Shown here in pieces: positions 53,614 through 64,000 of a stretch of DNA of 64,000 nucleotides. The first letter of the stretch is position 1. Each line of letters opens with the position of its first letter. The position numbers and the translations under genes are program-made. The stretch lies in NCBI GenBank assembly GCA_946965045.2, contig OX337232.1:2356001-2420000 (forward strand), written 5' to 3'. A model generated the notes under the pieces. It did not search any database. It saw nothing but the letters and a program-made list of their open reading frames with translations, and was not told the DNA's origin. This DNA comes from Epithemia pelagica. Its lineage: Eukaryota; Protista; Bacillariophyta.

Positions 53614-56289
53614 TTACGTTGCATCAAAGAACTGGGGTATATGACGAGGTTCATTCCACCAACCATCAAACTCTTGGTCCATTTTGTCACCCCACCACAA
53701 TGGCTTTTCTTTCTTCTTTTTGGATGCGTTTTTCTTCTTTTCCTGTTTTGCCTTTTCTTCCGCGTACGGATCGCAGTCGTTAATGAGGGCATCTTCCAAC
53801 CATCCCAAATCAGCTTCTTGATATGCACTGTCCATTCCCAAACATTCTCCGTCATTTAGGATCGTGTCGTCATTGTCCTCCAGAGTGGACGTATCATTGG
53901 TGAAATCCTTCGTTTCCAATGTGTCACCCTCCTCAAAATCGGCCCACGTATCGGGATCGCGTTGTTCCAATGCGGTTTTTTTGCGGGGAGACTGTTCCCC
54001 ATTGCACGTATTCTCGGCCGTAAGCAACACTTGATCACATGTATGCAAGCAAGTGTTTGGGTTCGTGACTGCGCCAACAACTCGAATAATCGTTTGGTGA
54101 TCACTCGGAGCAACCGGCAAAGTATCCGTACAAAACGCTGTTCTGATAATCACTTCTGGTTGCAATAAAGAGCCACTTTTAGGAGACTCGGTACTCGCCG
54201 CGGTGCTGGACGTGGACGCAGAATGGTCCGACGGCTTGATGGCGGCAACAGGTGAAGCGCAATTGCGCAATTGCTTTATTCCACTGCAGGTTGGAGCGAA
54301 AATGGGAACGGCCAGCGATTCTTCTTCATCTTCCAAAGACTTGGAACCATCGTCGTCATCGAAAAAGGAAAACGGTTCGAGTACTTTTTTGTATTTTGGT
54401 ACATTTGACTTTTGTTTCTTGGTCTTTTCCTTTTTCTGTGCTTCATGCACCACGCCTTCATCAGTCTTTGGAACATAGTTCATGTCTTGCAACTCTTTCT
54501 CTTCCCCATTCATTGATCTATCGATAATAGATTCGTCATCTGGAAGTGTGAAGCATCCACTTGTCCATTTCTTGCCACTTGATCCGCTTCCATCTCGTCC
54601 CAAATTATCGTGTCTGTTCAGCTTCTCGGGGTGACCTTGTGATCGACGGCTGTTTCCGTTGTTTAGTACACGTTCCATTTTTTGGGCATTCTCAGGGGAG
54701 GTTTCTACTTCTTCTGTAAGAGATTTTGAAAACGCCGATGCAATCTTTTCTTTAGTTGACTGCTGCCGCTGAAGCTGGGAATGGCTCGAAAATGAGGACT
54801 TTCTTGGTTGAGCGACAATGACTGGATCAAGAGCCTCGCCATCTCCTGCCACGCATTCTGTCAAGGGAATCAACTGATCAGGTGGATCACTGACATGCTG
54901 TTCCATTTGTGTTGCCTCTTGGCTCGAGGTAAACGATTTCCTTCGGGAGCTCGGTGAATACCTGAGAACTGTCGTTGCAACATCGTCATCCGCAGTATAC
55001 GTTTCTTCAGTCTCTTCGTCCCGTTCCCGTGCTGGTGGACTACTTCTTTGTTGAACTTGGTCAACAGGGTTCTCTTGGGGAGGCGGTGGCGCAACAGGCT
55101 TGGCCTTGGTCCTGCGATCGCGACTCTTACTCCGTCTTCGTAGCCTTTCCCCGCTCTTGCTTCGCCGCCGCGACGATGCGGATTGAGAGCGTCGCCGCCG
55201 AGACGATGCGGATCGAGAGCGAGTAAAAGAAAGTGCTCGCCTGAACGGCAACTCCTTTGTCACGTTTTGATCAAAGTTTGCAAATGGAAGTTCGGTATCT
55301 TCGAGAGATAATTCCACATTCACTTCCTTTCGTTTTGAGGAGATTTGTAGTCGAATCATGGCTTGTTCCAGAGCAACTGCTTTGAGATGATTCATAATAT
55401 GTTCGTCCATTTCACTGAACTGAGCTTCCTCAAACAGCATAGGTTCGTCAACCGATAACTTGTCATCAGTCAATTTTCTTCGAGAAAAGAACCGGGACAA
55501 AGTCCGAGACTTCTTCTTCTGGATCTTTGGCGACCCCTTGTAGTTAGGATTTGGCAATTCGATCACCGAAAACTGGTCATGCCCGGTGATATACTTGACT
55601 GGAACATCCAGTATGTGCAAATCGTCACCTTTTGCAGTAATAGAAACATCACACCAACCAATGGGATAGGCGGCGAAATACTCTTGTTGCTCATTGTTAT
55701 AATCGGTGCACTCGGCCATGGCAACAACTAGCTTCAGGTCGATCATAGTGTTCAAGCTGTCTTGTCGAGTTTCTGCTTCATCTTGTGTTTCAAAGGCCAC
55801 CAACGATCCAATTCCAGATCGCGGATCCCCATTCTGTTGATCCCACGTTGCCATAAATCGTTCGAGACCCATGAGATCCATAAAAACAGTTTGATGCACT
55901 TTATCTTTTGCGGATTTCTTGCTACCGCTTTTTCGTTTTCCTGTCTTCCCTTGAACAGTGGATTGAACAATCACACCACCAGAGGACCCACAAGAAACAG
56001 TATTTGAAAATCCAGTGGTCGCAAAGACATGATTCTTGTTATCATCCAACATAAATCCAACGACAATCTTCATTTGCGAAGGTTGTTCTCCTTGATCAGC
56101 AACAGAGGCATCATCGATTTGTTGGAAGCCAGCTGCCACGCGGCCTCTTCGACCTGGAGTGGAAAGTGCTGCAGCACGACCACCCATGGGACCCAAGCCA
56201 CCTAGGCTTGGCAGGTTACCGAATCCAGCACCACCACTGGAAGTTATGCCGGCAACGCCGAGAACGGACACATCAATTTCCCATACCAT
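53614..56289 (-). CDS. C2-like-domain family gene B
   Basis: Intact ORF from ATG 56289; WEIDVSVLGVAGIT...MKIVVGF...RFMATWD...YPIGWCDV...LDVPV. Confidence 0.85.
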   Translation of the reverse strand: MVWEIDVSVLGVAGITSSGGAGFGNLPSLGGLGPMGGRAAALSTPGRRGRVAAGFQQIDDASVADQGEQPSQMKIVVGFMLDDNKNHVFATTGFSNTVSCGSSGGVIVQSTVQGKTGKRKSGSKKSAKDKVHQTVFMDLMGLERFMATWDQQNGDPRSGIGSLVAFETQDEAETRQDSLNTMIDLKLVVAMAECTDYNNEQQEYFAAYPIGWCDVSITAKGDDLHILDVPVKYITGHDQFSVIELPNPNYKGSPKIQKKKSRTLSRFFSRRKLTDDKLSVDEPMLFEEAQFSEMDEHIMNHLKAVALEQAMIRLQISSKRKEVNVELSLEDTELPFANFDQNVTKELPFRRALSFTRSRSASSRRRRSQSASSRRRSKSGERLRRRSKSRDRRTKAKPVAPPPPQENPVDQVQQRSSPPARERDEETEETYTADDDVATTVLRYSPSSRRKSFTSSQEATQMEQHVSDPPDQLIPLTECVAGDGEALDPVIVAQPRKSSFSSHSQLQRQQSTKEKIASAFSKSLTEEVETSPENAQKMERVLNNGNSRRSQGHPEKLNRHDNLGRDGSGSSGKKWTSGCFTLPDDESIIDRSMNGEEKELQDMNYVPKTDEGVVHEAQKKEKTKKQKSNVPKYKKVLEPFSFFDDDDGSKSLEDEEESLAVPIFAPTCSGIKQLRNCASPVAAIKPSDHSASTSSTAASTESPKSGSLLQPEVIIRTAFCTDTLPVAPSDHQTIIRVVGAVTNPNTCLHTCDQVLLTAENTCNGEQSPRKKTALEQRDPDTWADFEEGDTLETKDFTNDTSTLEDNDDTILNDGECLGMDSAYQEADLGWLEDALINDCDPYAEEKAKQEKKKNASKKKKEKPLWWGDKMDQEFDGWWNEPRHIPQFFDAT

Positions 56290-57171
56290 GGTTTTGGGCT
56301 GTCGATACCTCGACTGGTGCAACGAATGAGACCTCCTGGTAATCTGTGTTGCCTAGGTTTTGAGTGCTTGTCTACTTTTTCCCAGAATACAGAGGGGCAG
56401 AGGCCAAGTCCTCGAACGCTTTCACTTTCAGGCTATGGCCTCACAACAATTAGTACATTGAGTGGCTCATTTGTTTGCCTCCCTCGCGTTGAATTGGGTT
56501 TGTCGGAGATGTGAGGGCTTTGTGCTCGGGTGGTCACGCCTACCTATTTTGTCCGTTGAGATCGGTTGGGGAAAGAGATTCACGTGAAAATATTATTGCC
56601 TTGTCCTTTTCGTAAATATCGATCGGGGCCAACAGCCAACTCCAACGAGAATCTATGCGCGCCAACGTCCAAGCCCGTCGACTCGGAACCATGTCCAAAA
56701 CGTTTGAAAAGAAGGGGACAATGGGATAATAATCAGAAAAAAACTGGATTCGGCTTCTCATGTTCAACAGGAATGGAACCGGCGGCAACAGAGAGGTAGC
56801 ATTCGTCACTCGAGACACTCGAGAATGCGCACAAACTCTGTTTCACAAGACCGGAGAATACTGCAACATGGGAAAGGCAGGAAGCAAAGGCAAATGGAAA
56901 TGGGGTTTTTGTTCCAATGCAAATTTCTCTCAAGCTAGTTACAATAATCACTATAAGATCTTAAGACAGTTTCCATGCAGTAACAAAGTACAATAAGAGA
57001 CCATGGCACAAATACAGATAGCACTCGGTGCGACACCAACCTTGGTTTGATGTATATATCCCTTCATTGATCCCATATCCGATCATTTTGTATGATCCGA
57101 CAACGAAAGGTTTCTCGTACAGGTATAGGCGTGCACATTTCTTATGAACTTTTTTGAGTCATCCCAAAACG

Positions 57172-59799
57172 TTATGCTTTCAAAATGAAGGGCAACTTGC
57201 AGCCAATATAGCTACCATCCTGATCCACAAGGTCAAGATTTTCAGCCGCCGCATTTGGGTGCTGACGAGATTTCGACTGGTCGTAGATACCATTTTTTAG
57301 CGTTTCTGACGCAAAGCGTCCATTGGCTCCGCGCCTGGAAGATTCGTCACTGCTTCTAGAATTTCGATACGGATCAAACATGTCGTTATCGTCTTCCTCA
57401 TCGCCGCTGCCCAAAATGGTTTCAAAACCCACGGCAAGACGTTCGAATGTAGCAGTGGGTACAAGTACATCGTCAGTGATGGCATCATTGTCACCCGATG
57501 GTCCGCACAAACTGAACCGGGATAGGAAAAGGTCACTCAGGGAGCCAAATTGTTCGAAGGGCGAAATACTATGACTATTGACTGTTCGAGTCTCCGAATC
57601 CGGGACGCCCCCATATGAGAAAGCTGGGATTATGGATTCCCTCCATGGCTGACCCTCATCTTCACGTGGTTCTTGCCGGTTCTGTTGCTTCATCTCTTCC
57701 GGTTTCCGAAGAGAAGAAACATCTGGCTCATGCTGGCGTCTGGATCGTCCTGGGGAAAGAACACTGGCTTGTTCCGACGCACTACAGCCCAGACGGCTCT
57801 TTTCAGACAAGAGACTTTCACTTTCCGTACACCAGGATAGGCTTGTCATTGTTTGAGGGGTAGTCTCACGTTGAAGGTCATCAGCTTCTACCCCGCATGT
57901 TGCCGCTTCTGTAGCTTCTTGGATGGACTCTTCCACCTTGCGTGCTAGGGGTCCTGAGAGGGAGCGATTTAGCGTACGATGCTTGACGGGAGAAGTCCTA
58001 CCACTCCTACGGTGCGGAGATGCCTTCATTCGTGTCTTTCTTGCTTTCTTGCCAAGTTCTCCCGAGAACGAAGCAGGGATCCCTATCGAGGGTGCTGCCG
58101 CCTTCACTGATTGTGCTTTCCCACCAGCTGGCAGTGACTGTACACTTTGGTCTTCTTCTTGAAGAAGCCGTTTCGAAGAAGCACTCTGAGACTTTTGCAA
58201 AAGTTTAGTTCGATCCTCCTGACGCTGCTTTGGAGAGAGAATTCTACTCCGCTGAGGAGAGAAAAATCTTTTCCGTTTTGGGGAGAGGGCTCCATTTCGT
58301 TTTGGGGAGAGAATGCTACTCTCTTTCGGAGACGGCGTTTCGCCCTCATTGTCGTTCTTCGAGGGTAGATCGGTCTCCTTTGGAGAATGAAGCGTTTTAT
58401 CGTTTTCATCTTTGGCCGGATGAGCATCAACGTCGACATCATTTGAATTTGGCCCCTGCTCTTGATCTAGGGGTTGATCATGACGAGTGGTTGAATCTGC
58501 TACAGAAGAACTTTTTTCAGACTCTCGCTTTCTGATCAGTGCTTTCCTGGGAAGTTTCTTCCTGGGTTTGGTGACATCAAAGGGACTAGCAATTCCTGCA
58601 ACTGAGGAGGAGACATTTTTTGGAACTGGACCCTGTTTGAAAGTGGAAAATGGTTTCCTTTCGTCTGAGGCCTGGCCATCAGCCGTAACGCATGACGTAA
58701 CCCTTTTCCAGCTAGAAGGGCGCTGAAGCGCAGAATTGATTGTGTCATTGTATCTGCGTGCACTGTCAGCTGGCGATTGACGAGGTTTGGGACCACCCAA
58801 TTGAAAGCTTTTCTTTTTTTCCAAGAAGTATCCAGTTTGCAGTTCCTGCTGATCTTCGGGAGTCAACACGGTGCTATTTTCCTTGTCGCACGAGTCAACG
58901 CGGAGATGTACTTTTGCTGTTCTGAAAAGGTAGCACCTTTGGATCTCTCCATCATGGGAACTATCATATGGCTGAAGCAAATTGCTGAAATGATCAATAT
59001 CACCTGTCCTTCCCGCTGTCAATGTTTCTGGAGAAATGTCATTATGCTTTGGGTTGGGAATTCGAAACAAGCGATGCTTGCCAAAGTCGCCAATGAGTTC
59101 CACATCTGCTTCTACCAACCCTCTGAAAAGTGAGCTGGTCGGAAAGTGTAGCGCAGCTCGTCCAACAGCCAGAACCGGAAATGTTGTTTCCTCCTCATCC
59201 TTGACGTTGACGACACCAATCAGGAGTTCCAGATGTCCTCCAGGCGAATCTGAGGCAGCCAACTGCCTCTCGAATGTAAAAGGACGTCTTCTTACATAGA
59301 ATTCTGCATTGTTCACAATTTCACGATTCCATAATGCTAGAAGCCGCTCCGTGGACGATGCCGAATCAAGTTCCATTTTTTCGGGGATTGACTCTCGTAC
59401 GTCTACTTGTGTTTTCAATGATTGCGACAAATCCGTCAGTCCGCATACTTTCTTGTTTTGTAGAAACGCAATGATGACGTGCATGTTTCCATTAAGCGGA
59501 CTGCGGAGAGCATCGCATACGACTTCTAGTCGCTGAACTTCCACCTGTGTTTCACAAGAAGGCAATGGAGCTGGAGGAGGCACAGGTTTTGTTTCAGATG
59601 ACTGGACCTGCGAAGGAAGACCTTTGCTACCCGAGTGGGCTGGAGAAGGAAGTTCTTTGACTGGAATGGCTTTGGATGGATTCTTCTTGTCCTTTCTCCG
59701 TCTCGCATTTTGCTGTTTCTCTAGTTGCTTTGTTTGTCGTGTAGACTTGTTTGCCTTGTCCTTGTTTTTAGGCCCGTACACTTTGAGCGGGATTCTCAT
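57172..59799 (-). CDS. C2-like-domain family gene C (most diverged)
   Basis: Intact ORF from ATG 59799; MHVIIAF...TDLSQSLK...RLLALWN...LELLIGV...LAVGRAAL...DVEL. Confidence 0.82.
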   Translation of the reverse strand: MRIPLKVYGPKNKDKANKSTRQTKQLEKQQNARRRKDKKNPSKAIPVKELPSPAHSGSKGLPSQVQSSETKPVPPPAPLPSCETQVEVQRLEVVCDALRSPLNGNMHVIIAFLQNKKVCGLTDLSQSLKTQVDVRESIPEKMELDSASSTERLLALWNREIVNNAEFYVRRRPFTFERQLAASDSPGGHLELLIGVVNVKDEEETTFPVLAVGRAALHFPTSSLFRGLVEADVELIGDFGKHRLFRIPNPKHNDISPETLTAGRTGDIDHFSNLLQPYDSSHDGEIQRCYLFRTAKVHLRVDSCDKENSTVLTPEDQQELQTGYFLEKKKSFQLGGPKPRQSPADSARRYNDTINSALQRPSSWKRVTSCVTADGQASDERKPFSTFKQGPVPKNVSSSVAGIASPFDVTKPRKKLPRKALIRKRESEKSSSVADSTTRHDQPLDQEQGPNSNDVDVDAHPAKDENDKTLHSPKETDLPSKNDNEGETPSPKESSILSPKRNGALSPKRKRFFSPQRSRILSPKQRQEDRTKLLQKSQSASSKRLLQEEDQSVQSLPAGGKAQSVKAAAPSIGIPASFSGELGKKARKTRMKASPHRRSGRTSPVKHRTLNRSLSGPLARKVEESIQEATEAATCGVEADDLQRETTPQTMTSLSWCTESESLLSEKSRLGCSASEQASVLSPGRSRRQHEPDVSSLRKPEEMKQQNRQEPREDEGQPWRESIIPAFSYGGVPDSETRTVNSHSISPFEQFGSLSDLFLSRFSLCGPSGDNDAITDDVLVPTATFERLAVGFETILGSGDEEDDNDMFDPYRNSRSSDESSRRGANGRFASETLKNGIYDQSKSRQHPNAAAENLDLVDQDGSYIGCKLPFILKA

Positions 59800-60645
59800 G
59801 GTGGATAACGCTGCAGCTGTGCTATATGAACATGAAAAGGGTCGATTGTCTCTTGTTGTCTTGTTTCTGGCTATTTGATCGGCTGTGTGTGTTGCGTACA
59901 ACAAAGTTTCCCAAATTGTGGCCACGAGACAAGGCAATTCTATAGGACCACCAATTTTGATCTTGCCTATTTATTTCCCATGGGATGTGGGACTGCTTCA
60001 TTCGTGTACTCCCATAGAATTATGTCATCTTTCCTGTACCTTTTGATTTAACCCTCTTGTTCTCTTATAATTAAGCAGTAGGTTGTGGGTTTGGATTTGG
60101 GGAGCTGGGACTGCTTCACTGACCACATATGCTCGTATTGTCGGCGAATATCCCATATCCCATTTTGTACTCGTAGTGGAACGATAAACGCGATACAATA
60201 TTGTGTATTGTAGAAGGTTTGAATTTTGAATGAGTACGAGTACCCGTACTCGTATTGAAACTTGACTCTGTTTCCTGTGTTTGGATAAATTCCGGGTACG
60301 TTCTGTGCTCGTGAATCTTGTCGCAGCCCCGCAGGAGACTCCGCGCTCATTCTTTATATTGCCCCTTTTACTTTGATACATAAGCCTTGAGATCAATTCT
60401 TCTACAGGCCTGCCCGACGAATCTTGTGGATCGCCCTACGTTCGGAATGATAGTGCTGCTTCCGAGTAATCGAAGATCGAGCTCGAACGAAGATCCAACT
60501 TAGAGTTTGGGCATCCTACTCCGCGTTTGGAACGCGTTGCCTTCCTGGAAGAAAAATGCATTGTATGTGTTGAGGATAGAAGAAAGATCTATTAGAATTA
60601 GAAGGTGTAATAGATTTCGGTTGAGATAGGCATGAACCATATATT

Positions 60646-62523
60646 TTACATGCACCCATTCGTCCCACCTGGGAGGTCGTTCCACCATCCACCACCATCC
60701 GTCCCTTGACTACTGCTCTTGGCCGTGGTCATCCTCTTGGTCAAGAATTCATGAGTGTCTCGCGCACATTGACGATCAAATATTAATCCACGGTTGTCAC
60801 CTGAAACCGAAGTCGTTTCTGCCGCATAGGCACGGACCGAATCATGCCAGGCAACAATCTGGGACGAGTTTCGTGTCTCTATTGTACTCCAGGTATGATC
60901 GTCTTCAAAATCTCGAAGAACCAACTCTCCTTCCGCATCCTTCACGAGCGTGGTGAGAGGGATGCGAAGCATGGGCCCAAAGACCCCACAATAGGGGATA
61001 CAAGACGGCATTTCCTCCTTCTTGACTGCTGTCGATACAATGGATTTGACGAGACTTTGGTCTGTGGAACCGCCTGACCGGTTGCCTCCCAAAGGACGCT
61101 TTTGTCTTGAGGCCGAGCGCTTTCCGCGAATTTGGCTCACCGTTCGTATCACCAAGGGCACCTGTTCAAACTGTTGCGGCGCTCCCGGTGCAGGTTTCTT
61201 GTCGGGATCTCCAAGCAAACTTTGTGCACCAGGTAAAAGATCTGGAAGATCGAGTGCGTCATCGTAACTTACTTCCTCGACTGCAACAGGTATCTGTTTT
61301 CCGTGTATTCTTAATGAATCACCCAGCTCTGATGGCTCTTCTTGCTTCGGGTCTAGCGTCCCCAAATCCAATGGCGAACCATTTAGAGTGGAATCAGGTG
61401 CCAGTCTGACCAATGGATATCCTGGTTGCCCCGAGACATCGGATTTGCCAATGGTTGCAGTCGAACATGTCAAGGGTGCAGTTTTGCTGGGACTAATGGC
61501 GGTGAAGGCGCTCTTGGGTCCATTTTCGAAGGGTTTGCCACTGCGACCACTCCGATCGACCGAGGGCCGTGTGGATCTCGATCCAATATCGGAAAAGTCC
61601 ATTTCTTGTGACTCATCAATTCCTCCAATATCCTCCAAAAGGAAATTGAGATCTGCCTTGTGTTTGTCCAATGTCTTGGTCGGCAATCGACTCGAAACCA
61701 CATCGCCCAGTGAATAGGCCGATTCGCTTACCAGGCTCGATGTTTCGATCGGGCGAAACATCTTAGATCCTTCATCGTCTGAAGCTTGGTCTTCATTGAG
61801 ATCGGAAAGTCGTGCTGCTCGTCGGCGATCCTTCTTGTGTTTCTTTCGTTTGCACTCTACTTTGAGTCGAAGAATGGCACCCCCATGATTTTTCAGACCA
61901 TAGACGGTTCCTACCGCAGGTGGCTCTTCGGACCGTTCCTCATTCTTTTTCTCTTCTCCGCCCGACATGGAGGAACTAACCTCGTCTCTGGATCCCAATG
62001 GAGATGCAGCTCCGTCGCCTCCCTGCTTTTGGTTGGGGGAGAGACCATCAATCGGGAGATCCAACAAGAACGGTTTGCTTTGTTCGCCATCCACTGGTAA
62101 GGTTCCCAGTCCAATGGGAAAGGACACACATGTTTTGTTTTCCCCTTTTCCATCCGTGAGTGCGATCCACATTTCGAAGATTGCTGGATCAGAGGATGAA
62201 ATGGAGTGATCCATTTGTATCGCAAACTTTATTTTGGACGTTCGCGATCGTTTGCCCCACAAGGCAATGAGGCCTTCACTACTACGACTGCTTTTGGCTT
62301 CGGCTGCTGATTTTGGTTCGGATTGTGTTTTTCGCAAGGGTTGCGAAAGACCACTGGAGGCACAAAAATGGCCTTCCGAAAAGACAGCTACCACGGCTTT
62401 CATCTTTTCGGGTGGTGCAATCCCCTGTGCGTTTCGACCACCTGATTTTTGAAGTTTGGATCGGTCCACCGTAATGCCCGTAATACCCAACACATCAATT
62501 TCCATTTCATGGAGTGTTCCCAT
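60646..62523 (-). CDS. C2-like-domain family gene D (3' end could be spliced)
   Basis: Intact ORF from ATG 62523; HEMEIDVLGITGIT...MKAVVAV...SGLSQPLR...LIALWG...FPIGLGTL...LDLPI. Confidence 0.82.
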   Translation of the reverse strand: MGTLHEMEIDVLGITGITVDRSKLQKSGGRNAQGIAPPEKMKAVVAVFSEGHFCASSGLSQPLRKTQSEPKSAAEAKSSRSSEGLIALWGKRSRTSKIKFAIQMDHSISSSDPAIFEMWIALTDGKGENKTCVSFPIGLGTLPVDGEQSKPFLLDLPIDGLSPNQKQGGDGAASPLGSRDEVSSSMSGGEEKKNEERSEEPPAVGTVYGLKNHGGAILRLKVECKRKKHKKDRRRAARLSDLNEDQASDDEGSKMFRPIETSSLVSESAYSLGDVVSSRLPTKTLDKHKADLNFLLEDIGGIDESQEMDFSDIGSRSTRPSVDRSGRSGKPFENGPKSAFTAISPSKTAPLTCSTATIGKSDVSGQPGYPLVRLAPDSTLNGSPLDLGTLDPKQEEPSELGDSLRIHGKQIPVAVEEVSYDDALDLPDLLPGAQSLLGDPDKKPAPGAPQQFEQVPLVIRTVSQIRGKRSASRQKRPLGGNRSGGSTDQSLVKSIVSTAVKKEEMPSCIPYCGVFGPMLRIPLTTLVKDAEGELVLRDFEDDHTWSTIETRNSSQIVAWHDSVRAYAAETTSVSGDNRGLIFDRQCARDTHEFLTKRMTTAKSSSQGTDGGGWWNDLPGGTNGCM

Positions 62524-63401
62524 TAAGGGATAATCATGAGACTGGCTCCGTCCTCGCCGTAATTCCAACATTTTTTACTGCTGTAGGATGTCGGCCTTTC
62601 AAGGGAGAGTTTTGCGTCGCGTGTTGTTCTGGTATTCTCGAGTTCCCCTCGCAAACGCACACACGAGTGATTCCAAAAGTCGTTGCTTCGGTAGCTTGTT
62701 GTGCTGGTGGCCCCGTCTAGGTACTTTGATAGGTCCGGATCACACCAACGAGCCTTTCTCGTCCACTTTTTGTCGGTCGATGGGAACAACTGGACAACAA
62801 GTACCCACCCAAATAAGGAGAGACTGTGATGCGCCGATCCGACGATTTTGTTCATTTAATCACAACCCGTCCTCTGGAGAGTTGAGAGAGACTCTGTGTG
62901 AGATGGAGCTTCATGTGTCTCATGGTTCTCGTATCCACGTGGGGCCCTAACTGCGCTTCTTTCTTCGCACGAATGCAGGCTGGCATTCTCGCGATAGTGC
63001 TTCCAGTAGCATTTATTTATATTCAGATAGGTAGATGATTATTACCCCTACTTCGTCCGTTGTTTGTCCATTTCGTTCGTCCAGGGCTATACTGTAAAAT
63101 TTTGGGGCATAGATATCCTTCACGGGAGCCATTTCCTGGGACGTGCTCAACTGCAGACCAAACTCACAAAACTAGTACGGGCTTGTTCGAACGCAACCAA
63201 CCGTCGTGTGGTGATTGGTGATGAGTACACGTAGAATTGGTCGGTCTCACTTTTTCGGATTTTCACGTGTCATGTTTCGATTTTCGTTTCGTAGACCTCA
63301 CCGTGGCTCGTCAACAAACACACAGAACAGCAGCAATCACCACTTGCAGCATCCATCAAGCTCATCATAATCCGTACAGGCCATGAGTGACTCTGAATCA
63401 G

Positions 63402-63975
63402 AATTCGATGGGCCGAAGTTTACATGAAGGAACGACCTATGGTCCGCAGATCCGGCCGACTCTTTTTTACGGATATTGAACAAGTCGATGAGTACGACAA
63501 ATACGAACCGCTCTTGACACAAGTTCACAACGGAGCAGCTCAATTGTTGAATACATGTCTCGGTTACAAAAACAGTATGGAAGGTCAAATGGGAATGGTA
63601 GACTTTGGGGATGGAAGTCCTCGGGCTGTCACAGCGTTGCACAATATTGTACAACACAAAGGTTCCACGCCGAAGTTCACAGTGTGCACGTTTTCTGGGA
63701 GTCGCCACAATGAGACATTCCAGGTACATTTTGAGCATTTGGGTCTTCCCTTTCAAAAGATACAGCACATGGTGTTGACTATCGGTGACGAGTCGGTCCG
63801 CTGGGACTATGGTGTGGATATTGCCTATGGGACCCTTCCGGATCCTGCACCGACGTCGAGTCTCCAAAATTATCACGTTTTCAAAGCCATTTCTCGTGGA
63901 TATGTATACACAGTGGGGACAAAAATTGCCATGGCCATTTTCACAAAACAAGCAGCAACGGTCGAGTCTGCATGA
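63402..63975 (+). CDS. Last exon of a hypothetical protein (weak Rossmann/shikimate-dehydrogenase-like pattern)
   Basis: Globular-looking 183-aa track ORF; in-frame TGA at 63394 just upstream of a candidate CAG acceptor at 63399-63401 implies upstream exons. Confidence 0.5.
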
Positions 63976-64000
63976 ATCACAGGTCCTCTGGACGTGGACC

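Noticed and set aside
63337-63951. 204-aa minus-strand ORF
   Set aside because: Antisense to the more protein-like plus-strand ORF 63424-63975.

Overview
Eukaryotic nuclear DNA, most likely a diatom (inference from CoDi-type copia elements, compact intron-poor genes, a diatom-style PPR gene and a signal-peptide sHSP). Bases 1 to ~32,000 are a nested transposon island: a decayed piggyBac transposase, TTAA- and TA-flanked non-autonomous TIR elements, two Ty1/copia LTR retrotransposons (4629-11004 intact with identical LTRs; 13728-22109 decayed) each inserted in a TA-flanked TIR element, and a DIRS-like tyrosine-recombinase retrotransposon (~23.6-31.9 kb). From ~32 kb to 64 kb lie host genes (sHSP, a 1067-aa unknown protein, a PPR protein, four paralogous genes sharing an unnamed C2-like N-terminal domain), interrupted by a third intact copia (45841-53235). 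The most notable signals are: (1) a degenerate cytosine-C5-methyltransferase-like domain at the N-terminus of the DIRS-like pol; (2) gag and pol in the same frame separated by one TGA in both intact copias and in the DIRS-like element, suggesting UGA readthrough; (3) all three copia primer-binding sites match a tRNA anticodon arm in the same register but for three different tRNAs (iMet, Asn, Ile-GAT); (4) an extra 259-aa ORF upstream of gag in copia 2; (5) the four-gene C2-like family. All domain and family calls are from motif recognition by eye; no searches were run.
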